A DNA stretch of 61,678 nucleotides, counting the filler, from Basidiobolus ranarum (lineage: Eukaryota), in NCBI GenBank assembly GCA_040143965.1. It is 16 parts of 16 records of this genome, joined end to end, with 100 filler letters (N's around TTAATTAATTAA, not from the genome) between each part and the next. Parts side by side here need not be neighbours in the genome. Positions count along the whole stretch, not along the records: positions 1 to 3,779 come from JASJQH010002289.1; positions 3,880 to 7,656 come from JASJQH010002290.1; positions 7,757 to 11,533 come from JASJQH010002291.1; positions 11,634 to 15,408 come from JASJQH010002292.1; 12 more parts are not named here. One strand, 5' to 3'. Under the pieces are notes generated by a model. The model worked only from the letters and a program-made list of their open reading frames with translations. It was not told where the DNA came from and did not search any database. The position numbers and the translations under genes are program-made. This document shows positions 1 to 12,065 of this stretch, piece after piece (the stretch's first letter is position 1; every line of letters starts with the position of its first letter).

Positions 1-810
1 TTTTCCCCTGATCAACCCTATAAAAATAGCACAATCGAAATAAAATTAATCAGTCAATTTATCAGTGAATCAAGTCCCGAAATTGCACTCACCTCAGGAA
101 CCAGCCTCAATAGTGTTACGAAATTTGTTACGATTAGGTATTACTGACCGTAGGTTAAGTAATCAATGACTAAAGATAGTTATTACAATAAGCCACTTTA
201 AGTATTTAAGAAACATTATGTATATCGACTTGAGCGGATCACTCTCCAAGTGACTCTATTCATTAGTACTTCCGTGAATGACAGAAATAAACGTTACTTT
301 CCTTGAGTTATACTTCACGTCTAGTTAATCTGCCGAATTCTACTGACTCTCCTGACATAACTCGACGAAGGTAACAGTTCTGTTACGAAATTAGATTACT
401 GAACAAAGAGCGATAGCAAATTCGGAGACAATATAATGTCTTAATCATCTCAATATTTTGCACACATATAGCCGGTAACTAAACCTCAACCTTCACGAAG
501 TTTCATAACTTCAACTTTCCTACATGCCTCACAATTGCCGAAATCGTTACGAAAGTAAATATATCTCCAGAATTGTTGGATAAAACATTACTAAAGTTTA
601 GGAAGATAATTCCCTACTATTAACCTACCATAGGTACAAATTTTGAAACGATACGACATCACAAACAAAAGTTACAAGACACCAGAAATGGGTCGTCATC
701 TTTGTTTACAAGTTTCGAATTTATCATACTCCCAAATCTGGCCAAATCCCGAAATGGTACTCACCTCAGGAACCAGGCTCAATAATTCTGAAATTTCATA
801 ATTACCTGTA
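1..810. repeat. Probable end of a DNA transposon with internal direct repeats
   Basis: 38-bp direct repeat TCCCGAAATkGyACTCACCTCAGGAACCAGsCTCAATA at 75-112 and 747-784 (3 mismatches). GTTACGAAA motif recurs. Segment ends CCTG|TA at 808-810, where composition shifts. Confidence 0.35.
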
Positions 811-1382
811 AGAGTTTTTTGAAGATCATCAAATGAGATGTATAGATGCATCTTAAAAGCAAACTAGCAGATACAGTAAGTGCTAAAAAATTTTCACACT
901 AATGGAATATCAAAATTATCAAAAAAATGATTGAGCAATATACATCAATCTTTGATGATACCCGCGGTAAATTTATATGTAAGGTAGATGAAATTTTTCT
1001 CAATTTATAAAATTTCAGTTTACTAAGTATTCTCATTTGCTGTCAGTATAGTAGATAAATGAAGTGAAAGATTGATGAACTTAGTATGAAATTCACCACT
1101 ATGATTGTACTTCTCAGAGTACAATAATTATATATACTATCATATCCCAGTATCTCATAATGCATTCTGATAAGAAAAACAACCCTTGAGTATTTAAACC
1201 AAAAATCATCACAGATGATGCACTAGGTAAATATTACATTTCTTTTTGGTATAAAACCATTATAATAATCCTCGGAAATACTTTTCAATTTTTGGGAATA
1301 CTGGATGTACATTGAATGTTGAAAAACTTTATTTTGAACAGTCATATAATAATCGACAGCACATACTAATCGTCCATAACAA

Positions 1383-1646
1383 TTAGCCAGAACGAGGAGG
1401 GTTAACCATGGTAGTAGCAGGAATAACTCTAGTGCTAGTCACCACAGAGGGCGGAAGAGTAGTGAAAGACGTAGTATAAGTGTAAGAAGTGACTGGAGAG
1501 AACACTGTCGTAAATATTGCTGTGACAGTATTGGTTCCAGGATTTCCGGTAGGAAGCACACCAATAGTGATGCTGCTTTGCCCATTAACTGGACTCCAAA
1601 GAAGAAGACTGACGAGGGCAGTGCAGAGCTTGGAAATTTGGAACAT
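1383..1646 (-). CDS. Small secreted Thr/Ser/Pro-rich protein (87 aa)
   Basis: ATG start, hydrophobic signal-peptide-like N-terminus (LCTALVSLLLWSPVNG|Q), Thr-rich body. Confidence 0.55.
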   Translation of the reverse strand: MFQISKLCTALVSLLLWSPVNGQSSITIGVLPTGNPGTNTVTAIFTTVFSPVTSYTYTTSFTTLPPSVVTSTRVIPATTMVNPPRSG

Positions 1647-3522
1647 CTTGAGGTGTAAACTGAGTATAGGAATGTTGTAAATACTGGTCTGCTTTGTAGG
1701 AGAAGATATCCAAACTTATTTATATGTTTCCTGAGGTGCCAAGTGGACAGCTTACTATGAAGGAAGTTCTCTATGAAGGGCATATATGATCGCCAACTGC
1801 AAGTTTCATCCATCAACGATTGGATAATGAACATTATGTGATAATTGCCAAATCATTTTCTTGGACATTTAATTATCTGACATATTTGACGCCAACTCTC
1901 TCTAAACTACTAGCACACGATGTCAAATCATTAGTACGCGATAATTATTAATATGAGACATCCACTCGCTACTGATAAGGAGCTATGCTACCTGTTACAA
2001 TGCAGGCGGAGCAACCTCCCCATATTATATATGAGTGGCAGTATTATTCATATATCTACGATGAAAATTTTGAACTATCCTTAAGATGCTGTAATATGGT
2101 GAGCAAGTTAAAATGGTAACGGTTACTCGATATCTTGCACGAATTATGTGACTTCGTATCTCATCTATTGATACGATTCAATGATTCGATTGGGTTGAGA
2201 CCGATTACCTTTACCATGCTTACCACACCAAGGGAGATGGACGATATAGTGACAATGAGACTACAACAACAGATACAGTTTAATTTAATTCAAGTATTGT
2301 AGATTGTCAAATTGGTGCCTACAATTATTACTCTCTTTTGCTTAATGCCGGCCAATAATACGCATTGAATCGCTTGATCCTAATCAGGTTTAAGCTTCTC
2401 TCATAGATTTGGCAAAGTTGTAGATCTCTTATATTAATATGATGACAACCTTTGCCATTAGACATTGGATAAGTGATTAATGAGTCATAAACCATTAGCG
2501 CGCTTCTTTGCATGAAGTGGGTGTATATAGCGGTTTAAAAATTAACTGTTAATGAGTAGTTTTCTACTAAATACTCACCTATTGTATTAAACTCACTATT
2601 GCTGAAGTTAGAGAGTCGAGATTTCTCGTCTCAACCTCAATATTAAGACTTTCATATAAGAATATCCTATCTTCACATTTTCAAGAAGTTGTACGCCGGA
2701 TTCATCTACATAAGTTACTGTAGATAAGGCTTTGGTTATTTTTTCTATCGCGTTTACTCCTTGGTTTGTGTCAATATAAAGAGAAACATTTTTGTAACGA
2801 ATCTCATAAATATAGGTAATTCATTTTCCAAAGAGTTGACAGTGCGAGTGAAAACGTTAATATGTATATCTCTGCTTCTGCCAAAGGAAAAAAGTATCTG
2901 ACCTAAATGTTTCAGTTGGAATAATATCACCGTGAAGGTTTAACCGTTTAAACCACCAATGATCACAGCAATAACTTTTAACGCCTCTCTGCAACATTCG
3001 AATTTTTATTAAAGAAATATTTATCATTCTACTTGACGAATTTCTAGAAACAGGCAATCGCTTGAAGATTAATCGATATATTTGCCTAAATTGATTAATT
3101 ACTATTGATCGATTGTGGAAATTTAGGTTAGTTGAATCCGTTTACGTTACAATTATTAATTGAGGTGAGTGCCCATAGAAAATAATATATATCTCATACT
3201 AATATTCACACACCATAGTTAACTTGCTCTATATTTAAGAATCCGATTTTAATTCTTTAATAGCCACAATGTAGAAAGCCGAATAGATAAGAATAAAGCC
3301 GAATAGATTTACGATAACCAATTCGATTGACTGATTACAATAGGTAATTTAGCAAATTCGAGACATGTCCAGCATTTTGTTTACGTTGACGGATCAATTC
3401 CAGACTTGAAAGTCTAGATCGTGTTTATATTCAAGATCTTTATTTCTATCCCCAAATATCCATGTTGGATAATGATTATTGATGGGAGCGAACATACTAT
3501 GCAATCAACTATACTAGTTTGA

Positions 3523-3779
<257 letters not shown>

Positions 3780-3879
3780 NNNNNNNNNNNNNNNNNNNNN
3801 NNNNNNNNNNNNNNNNNNNNNNNTTAATTAATTAANNNNNNNNNNNNNNNNNNNNNNNNNNNNNNNNNNNNNNNNNNNN
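3780..3879. other. Artificial contig spacer. The same 100-nt spacer starts at 7657, 11534, 15409, 19279, 23146, 27010, 30872, 34734, 38589, 42442, 46294, 50143, 53989 and 57835.
   Basis: 44 N + TTAATTAATTAA (stops in all six frames) + 44 N, repeated 15 times. Confidence 0.99.
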
Positions 3880-4278
3880 CCATTATCACCATCGTTTCCA
3901 GCACCGCCATTGCCATTAACGTTTCCACCTTTTCCGACATCATACGCTCCAGCTCCATTACCACCGTTACCGTTGTCATTATCACCACCGTTTCCAGCAC
4001 CGCCATTACCATCTCCGTTACCATTTCCACCCTTTCCAGCATCATAGGCACCAGCTCCATTACCACCGTTACCGTTGCCATTGTCAACACCGTTTCCAGC
4101 ACCGCCATTACCATCTCCGTTACTATTTCCACTCTTTCCGGTATCATAGCCACCAGCTCCATTACCTCCATTACCGTTGCCATTTTCACCACCATTAAAG
4201 AGGTCTTTAATATCGTAGGCTCCATTGTCTCTTGCGTCCAGAAAGAAGACCTAATAACTTGGGGGCGGAAAATTTCAT
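3880..4278 (-). CDS. Gly/Asn-rich repeat protein, 5' part; leader is out of frame with the repeats (frameshifted)
   Basis: The real coding frame reads DNGAYDIKDLFNGGE(NGNGNGGNGAGGYDTGKSGNSNGDGNGGAGNGVD)n with a 102-nt period. ATG at 4278 gives MKFSAPKLLGLLS in a different frame. The listed Met/Val-rich ORF is a shadow frame. Confidence 0.6.
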
Positions 4279-5655
4279 TGTCAAGTGTGTAGAAGTTGTT
4301 GATAATTAAAAGATATTTCTATTGAATCTAAGTGTGGTAATTTAGTGATATTCTTTAGTGCATTGTAGTCGTCTTTTATAATCCTGTAAACTGGATGTTC
4401 TTTTACCCCTTCTACTCATTGATGCCAATTTTATTTCTCCTATTCAGTGATGTCTATGCGTGAGGTAAGATTCAAATCGGAGCAGTTGTTTTCTTCTCAC
4501 CCCGCACCTCTCACTCCATTATCTATTAAGTTTTAATTGCGTTTCTTGATATATGCATGGAGGCTTCCTCTGTACTGCAGCGTATTCATCTATTGTAATC
4601 AGGGGTTTTAGTCTATAAATTCAATTAAGCACCAATGTAGTTACTGTATTTGCGATATTTTGGAAATTGCTGGCAGTTGAAAATTCATATTTTATCGACC
4701 GACGACTCGACGAGCTTCATATCTACTCATTCGTTTCTACTCGAGATCCAGATGCTTATCCACAAATTGTAATTTCATCGGCAGTTACGACTTCCAAACA
4801 AATTCTAGGTATGTTAAGGTAAAAAAAACTTGTATCTCTTTCAAGGAACAACCAGTCGATTCACTATTCTGCAAAGGAAAGAAGTATGAGTAACCAGGGG
4901 AAGCATGTTGTAGTCCAATTCGTGTGCCCTTTACGATAAATTAAACCCCAAGTTCCAACAGTTTCTGGATGGGCTCACGAGTATTCACAATAGTGTATTA
5001 TTCCTCTGGCTCTTTGGGTTCTCTGGATAGCCGCTCCTAAGAGATATTCCGCTTGATACTGAAAATCCACCAGTACAATCCGTTGACAAATCAGAACGGG
5101 TTGTTATGCGCTCGGTGTTTACCAAAGGTACTAAGGAACTGCCTCCGATAGAGTCATAGGTCTTGCTCAATTTTTCTGGTAACTTGTTTAGTTACGAATG
5201 TGGAGACGGAGGTGGACTCTCTTTGTTAATCATTGTATGAAGGTTTATTGAAGGTATATTATTGAAATGAGTCTCTTCTCACATACCACATCTACATGTC
5301 GCATCTCTTCTCACATATCGTATTACATTTACGCAGCTGAGGTCCATTTTCAGCTACGGCTATCTTCCATATTTGCTGGCTTGGGGCTGCCTTTACTACC
5401 TTGGTAGTTTTGGCAGTCTTAATCGACGATGTGTATTAGGGTTTAGCTGAAGTTGTGGAAGGTAATGTAAAAATTTGGTAAGCAATAGTTTAAACAGTGT
5501 TTTACTGAGAGTATCTAGCCAGTAATTTCTGTTTGTATCCGATATTTTCCGTGGGCGTATCCTAATTTCAATCGTAGAAAGCTATTCGAAAATCAGGACT
5601 AAAATAAAGAAGGGTTATTGTTCCTCATTAGTGATTTTTTCCGCCTAAATCGTAG

Positions 5656-6669
5656 ATGCACTGGTGTCTCAGTGAATATGAGTCGGAGGCCAAACTCATT
5701 GCTCACAACCATGGAGTAAATCTAACTCGATTAGATAATCGCAAGTTTATCATGCCGGGATTAATTGATACTCATATTCATGCTCCTCAGTATGTTTTCA
5801 CCGGTTCCGGTACGGACTTACAATTACTTGACTGGCTCGAAAACTACACTTTTCCTCGTGAGGCGCAGTTCAATAACACCAGATACGCCACAATGGCATA
5901 TAACTTGGCAGTCGACCGGGTAATTCACGGTGGTAGTACTACTGCTAGTTATTACGCTACAATTCACTTGGAAGCATCCAAAATACTGGCTGATGTTGTA
6001 GAAAAACGAGGTCAACGTGCACTATATATAATCTACCGGTTCAGTCTCACCTGGATGAAAATGTGGATGAAATTACTCGTGTTAAGAAGATCCACCCGAG
6101 TCACACTGATTACACCTCTGTATACGATGCCTATGGTTTATTGACAAATCGCTCCATTATGGCACATGTTGGATATCCTACAGAAGATGAACGCCAGCTA
6201 ATCAAAAGATGAGAAGCGGGCATATCTCACTGTCCAACAATCTTCGCACTGGCGTTGCAAAGGTACGTCAAATGCTAAATGAAGGCCTGAAACTTAGCCT
6301 TGGTACAGATGCATCGGCTGGGTACGCAACTTCTATCTTGAACGCCATTCGTACAGGATACTTTGCCGCAATTTCACGCAGTATTGAACATCCCTCGGAG
6401 AAATATCTCAAACTGGCTGAGATGCTTTATATTGCTACACTTGGAGGTGCCGATGTCCTAGGAATGAAGGATATGATAGGCAACTTTGTTACTGTCAAAA
6501 TATTTGACAGCTTGATCACTGATCCTTTGTCCAACAATTCCCCAATTGATCTACTTGACCATGACGATATTAGTGTTTTGAAAAGTTTATTAACAATGGA
6601 GACAATCGCAATACTGTGCAAGTAAATGTGGATAGGAAATCCATTCATGGGAATCCAACAAGTAGATAG
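5656..6669 (+). pseudogene. GUD1: Guanine deaminase pseudogene
   Basis: PGLIDTHIHAPQY, LLDWLENYTFPRE, QSHLDEN, ISHCP, LGTDASAG, FEKFINNGDNRN. Internal deletion after RGQRAL, in-frame TGA at about 6210, several frameshifts. Confidence 0.85.
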
Positions 6670-7756
6670 TCACTGAGTGCTATTCAATATACACATGTTT
6701 ATCAATACAAAGTGCTTTCTCGGATGCTGGTATAATGTGCCCCACTTATAAAATAAAAAGTCTAAGTCTGGTTCTAATCATGATTAACAAAATTGGTTTC
6801 TCAAAAAACTTGAGAGTATGCATGTGTATCCCTAGATGTGATGGTCTTCAGTAATTCTTGCAAACATCAATATATTCCTAGAACAACATTACAAGGCAGT
6901 CATCTGTGTTTAGCACAAGCCATTGGAGATTAGTTATAACATTTCAGCCATTTTAGATATGAGTTTTATTTCTTTGTACCCACGGTAGGAGAATATCAAT
7001 TACAGTATTATAAAAGTAACTTGAAACTCAGTGGAAAAATTATCTCTCCCACTATGCCCTGAAATTGTAATGTCTACTGCATTATTGTAGAGAGATAAGC
7101 ATTAAGGCTTGTGCAAACTTACCAGGTGCAAGTGATGTCACACTGACTGTATCAACAGGATAAAATCACACTTATTGACAAGAGCTGACTGCAACCCTAA
7201 CAGAAATTTGAGGATGTTTATTGTCAGACAAACATCACAATTTTGATCCATATGGGTTGGCTATTTACTTACCATCATAAAATTGTCAAGTTAGATTTGA
7301 TTTTAATAAATTTTTCAATTTCAGAGTGAAAGCTCTTGTGAAATATTTTCACATGATTGGCTACAACATTAGAAAGCTATGGATCAACACATGTATGAAA
7401 AACATAGACCAAACTTTACATATTTACCACTTGAACATCAATATGTTACATCTGAAATCCCTAGTTTCTTAGATATCTTCTCCTGAATATTGCTATAAAG
7501 TACTTCATACCCAAGGTTTGGCTCATAGCTAAAACAAGTTTATATCAGTATCTCCATCAGTGCCCACCATTGTATTAACATTGCTGAATCAACATTTTCC
7601 AGCTACCTGGCAAATACCATGCTATATTATACCCCTCTGTTATATGTTGTTATTAANNNNNNNNNNNNNNNNNNNNNNNNNNNNNNNNNNNNNNNNNNNN
7701 TTAATTAATTAANNNNNNNNNNNNNNNNNNNNNNNNNNNNNNNNNNNNNNNNNNNN

Positions 7757-8675
7757 AGCAAACATTTAGATATCAAGCATGACTTTGTTGAAGTTTATTG
7801 TCTTTATCATATTTGTTACCTCTATCTTTATACACCTAACTATTTCATATATCACATATAAGTTAGTTAACATTACTTAGTCAAATATTACTTAGCTGAA
7901 TATCGGAACATATATTATATATATATGTGAATAATGTGAGAATAAGCAATTCCATAATGGAAATTTCAAACTTGTCCAAATTGCCCCAAAAATAGCTCAT
8001 TTTACTCCCATAGATGTTCTGAACACAACCCCAGTGTTAGTTTTCCGTATTTCCACCAAAAAGTATAAATTCTTTATTTCTGGACAATAAATTATTATCT
8101 CACAAAGCTATTCACAACTCCACTTTTCTAAAGTTCCTCCAAAACAGCCCATATTTTCCAAATAGACTTCATTGGAGAGACCATCAAGCATAAGTTCATT
8201 GACTTAACTTATTGCTCCACAGAAGACATGATTGCTGACATATTAATCCAACCATTACCTAGACTGATATTTGAGAAATTTAGATCTTTGTTAGTGTTTG
8301 TTTATATGACTGTTTACTTGAGAGAGAGTGTTAAAATTAGCATTGCCTAATCACCTATGTAGTAGTATCTAGGTTAGTACTTGGCTATCATATAAATCAC
8401 CAAGATAATATCTATTATTCTAATTGAAACTTACTTGGATTATTTTTACCAACCTAGGAATTCTCAGATATAAAGATTTTTCAAACTTGTGCTAGAAGCC
8501 CCAAACCATACACACATTTTCCTGGGACCTTCTATAACACATTCTACATGTTAGTTTGTTTAAATCTTGACAATACTGTAAATGTTAACTTTCTATTCAG
8601 GAAATCAATAAGTGAAAATCATCAATTTCTTCAATTCTGCAAACCACTTCCAACAGGCTGCCAAATACTTTAACA
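7757..8675 (+). mobile_element. Ty1/copia family A 3' end: RNase H, PPT and 3' LTR (8329-8675), interrupted by a family B solo LTR
   Basis: SKHLDIKHDF/IGETIKHKFIDLTYCSTEDMIADILIQPL; purine tract GAGAGAGAG; LTR TGTTAAA...TTTAACA. Confidence 0.9.
7786..8164 (+). mobile_element. Solo LTR of copia family B with 5-bp TSD GACTT
   Basis: GACTT at 7781-7785 and 8165-8169. Start TGTTGAAGTTTA matches the LTR that follows the PPT in contig 4 (about 12189, - strand). Confidence 0.85.
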
Positions 8676-8792
8676 GTTAGTACCTTTATAATTTGGACTA
8701 ATTTGTTTGTGTGATAATCTGAAGGTATTTCCTGAAAAGCTGCAAGACAGACTTTTTGGTCAGATAGATCAAGATATGTGATAATATCATTC

Positions 8793-11533
8793 TAGCCATG
8801 GGGTAATCCATTCAAGCAATGACACATGTACTTATGCCAGGACATTTGTTGACTGCTAGTTGGTGAAATTTTGGCTGAGTTCCTTATGGAAATTTGCAAA
8901 AATCCATGAGCTTATTCTAATTGTGATGGGTAACAAGAGTTAGCTACTTGCCAAGTGTCAGTGCTATTCAAAATTTTGGATGTTAAGCAACTTTTACACC
9001 ATTAGTTTGCTGGTAAAGCATATTGATGTTGTTGAGTTATGTCTGATCAGTCAGGAATGTGCATATGTAGAGACTAGACACAACAAAATTCTTATATTTT
9101 TTGATTCTCATTATGGCTGGAATACAAAGCCTAAGATTTGTATATATGGCATGCATATTTATTCAAATTCCTACAGCACTAAACTCAGTAATTTGCCATT
9201 TGAATATTTTTTTTGCAAAAATTGTCAGAAATATAACTGTCACAATAAGGAACCGGACAAGAAATGGAAACAACAACAAGAGGCTAGAAGGCAGGAGAGT
9301 ACTTGGGTGTAGACCCCAAGACAAGACCCAACAGGGAAGCTCCTGTGGCAAGAATCTTTGTTGAAAACTGGTATTGATCAGATTGCAGTCTGATCAGGGA
9401 ATACATGAAGCTTGTATAGATATTGCTGGGTGAAACATAATATACTGAATAGGGAATATACTAGGGCAAGTCGAAGTACTGGGGTGTAGGGGACTACAAG
9501 GTCCAATGCCAAGAGGGAATATGTAAAGATGATCATGTGACCCTCCATGGAAGGTCTTGATGGAAATACACTATGTGTGGGATGAAATGATTTGTTAGGT
9601 TTCATGGAATGTTCCAAGGAACATGACTTCCATATAAGGTAATCTGGATGAGCTAACACAAGATTGCCAAGAAGGGATGGCACAGCAGATATGATGTCAT
9701 AATCTAGTAATAGAAGAGTTCTTTGTGCAGTGGATGAGTAAGCCAGGATCAGAATTATGACAGTATCCACTCCTTTAGCAATGGCTTCCAGCCATCATGG
9801 GGCCATGTTTTTCTGGGTAGCCTTCATAAACTCCTTGCAAAGTTGCTTAGAATTGGAAACATTTGTTGCTGGCTCCCATGATTGATCATATGTTGAGCAT
9901 CCCTTCCAGTCCACCATATATTGCAATGTATCTTGATAAATTCTGGAATCTAGAATTTTGCTAATTTCATATTTGGGTGTTCTTCAACTTGGATTGCTGG
10001 GGTTGGGTCAATGGACTGGCCTCAAAAGGTATTTCTGAAATGTGGCTCCAGGAGAGAAACATGGTATACATTGTGGACTTTGAAATGGTCTGGGAGTTCA
10101 AGGTGGAAGGCTACTGAAATGATATGGTTAATAATCTTCAAAGGCCCCAGTCTTTTATGATCATGTTTATCACAAGAATTAGTGGTCTTGATATTTTTAT
10201 GGCTTAGCCATATATAATCCCCTGGCTTAAGACCTGGGTTTGGCTTTCTTTTCTCATCAGCAAAGTTCTTGTATTGGGATTAAGCATGCTCCAACTCAGA
10301 TATCAATTGTATATGGATGTCTTTAAGGACAGTGGCATGATCTGAGGCAGCAGGGTAAGGTAGACTGGAAGGAGGGTGAATTGTGAAGCAATGATGGAAT
10401 TCATAATTTGCAAAGAAAGGAGTTTGTTTTGTTGAGGTATGATAAGAATTATTGTAGGCATATTCACCAAGAGGCAACAGTTATGCCCAATTATCTTGAT
10501 TATAGTTAATAGTGTATCACAAGTATTGCTCCAAAACTTGATTGAATCTTTCTGCTTGGCCATCCAATTGGGGATCAAAGGCAGTGGAGAGATTGGCAGA
10601 GATACCCAAAGTATGGAGGAGACTTTTGCAGAATTTGGAAGCAAACTGAGGTCCTCTGTCAAAGATAATAGTTTCAGGGAGTCCATGCAGGTGGAAGATA
10701 TTTTGAATTTCCAATTATGCTGTTTGTTTTGCATCAATTGACTTGGTGCAAGGCACAAAGTGGGCCATCTTTGTTAGATGGTCAACAATTACCAGAATTG
10801 AATCATATTTGGCAGACATGGGTAGATTAGTTATGAAATCCAGGGATATGGATTTCTACTGCCCATCAGGAATTTGAAGTGGCTGTAGGCCCAAACAAAA
10901 ATAATATCAATTTGATCCGGATCAGATCCACCATCCAAAGTAGCAAAACCATCAGACAACCATCACAATATTGGTGGCTTGCATTCCACCAGGGATTTTG
11001 ATGGTGTGATGGTGGTTTCTTGACGGTATTTTGATGGTATTCATACATGCTAATATATTGATTCTCAAATTTGGCATGTGTTATTTAATATCCAGCAATT
11101 TTTGAAAAAATATAATTTTCAAATGGCAAATTCCTGGGTTTACTGCTGTAGGAATTTGATTTAAAATGCATGCCATTGATTAGATATTTCAGGCATTATA
11201 TTCCAGCTATGATGAGAATCAAAAAATACAAGAATCTTGTTGTGTTTAGTCTCTACATATGCACATACTTGACTGATTAGACATCACTCAACAACATCAA
11301 TATGCCTCACCAGCAAACTGATGGTGGAGAAACTGCTAAACATCTGAAATTTTGAATAGCACTAACACTTGGCAAATAGCTGACTCTTGTTACCTTTCAC
11401 AATGAGAATAAGCTCTTGGATTTTGGCAAATATCTGTAAAGAATTCAGCCAATATATCCCCAACTTGCAGTCAACAAATGTCCTGCCACAAGTAGATGTG
11501 CCATTGCTTGAAATGATTACACCATGGCTAAAA
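8793..11533. repeat. Long inverted repeat pair (about 8793-9237 and about 11085-11533) flanking a gypsy remnant
   Basis: For example GCATATGTAGAGACTAGACACAACAA (about 9061) versus TTGTTGTGTTTAGTCTCTACATATGC (about 11237). Colinear reverse-complement match over about 450 bp. Confidence 0.8.
9238..10865 (-). mobile_element. Degenerate Ty3/gypsy chromovirus: integrase, chromodomain, PPT and 3' LTR (9238-9762)
   Basis: SISLDFITNLP, IVDHLTKMAHF, HGLPETIIFDRGPQF, GPLKII, chromodomain YEISKILDSR..QYMVDWKG..SWEP. LTR termini TGTCA...TGACA. Confidence 0.9.
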
Positions 11534-11633
11534 NNNNNNNNNNNNNNNNNNNNNNNNNNNNNNNNNNNNNNNNNNNNTTAATTAATTAANNNNNNNNNNN
11601 NNNNNNNNNNNNNNNNNNNNNNNNNNNNNNNNN

Positions 11634-12065
11634 TATACTGAGTAAATCTATCACTCTGAATCAATCTAAATACATCTCAGACATTCTCAGACGTTACAGG
11701 ATGGAGAATTGCAAGCCAGTAGCAACTCCCATGGATCCAGGTGTGAAACTAGTCAAAAATCCCATCCAAAATGATGAAAATCGGCCAAATATGGCTCAAA
11801 ATATGTCATTTGAAAGCCCTGAGTTCCCTTATCAATCTATGGTAGGTAGTTTGATCTATGCTATGACTGGAACCCAACCAGATATCTCTTTTGCAGTGGG
11901 AGTAGTCAGCCAACATGTGCAAAATCCAGGATCTGAACATTATGCAGCAGTTAAGCGGATTTTCAGATATTTGAAGGGGACAATTGATCTGGGATTAAGA
12001 TACACATATTCTTATGAGAATAAGGATCTAATTGGGTTTAGTGATGCAGATTGGGGACGTGATAT
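11634..12065 (+). mobile_element. Ty1/copia family B RT/RNase H fragment
   Basis: MENCKPVATPMD...YQSMVGSLIYAMTGT...GFSDADWG. Confidence 0.9.

Noticed and set aside
3824-3835. Regularly spaced TTAATTAATTAA as a repeat array or CRISPR
   Set aside because: It is embedded in N runs and is an artificial linker.
3824-4225. Met/Val-rich ORF (also 42793-43236 and antisense ORFs there)
   Set aside because: These are shadow frames of Gly/Asn-rich coding repeats.
4985-5235. Short minus-strand ORF with an upstream ATG
   Set aside because: In-frame stop after 13 codons and no recognisable family.
8980-9770. 110-130 aa ORFs
   Set aside because: They lie within an inverted-repeat arm and a gypsy LTR, and are not preserved in the second copies.
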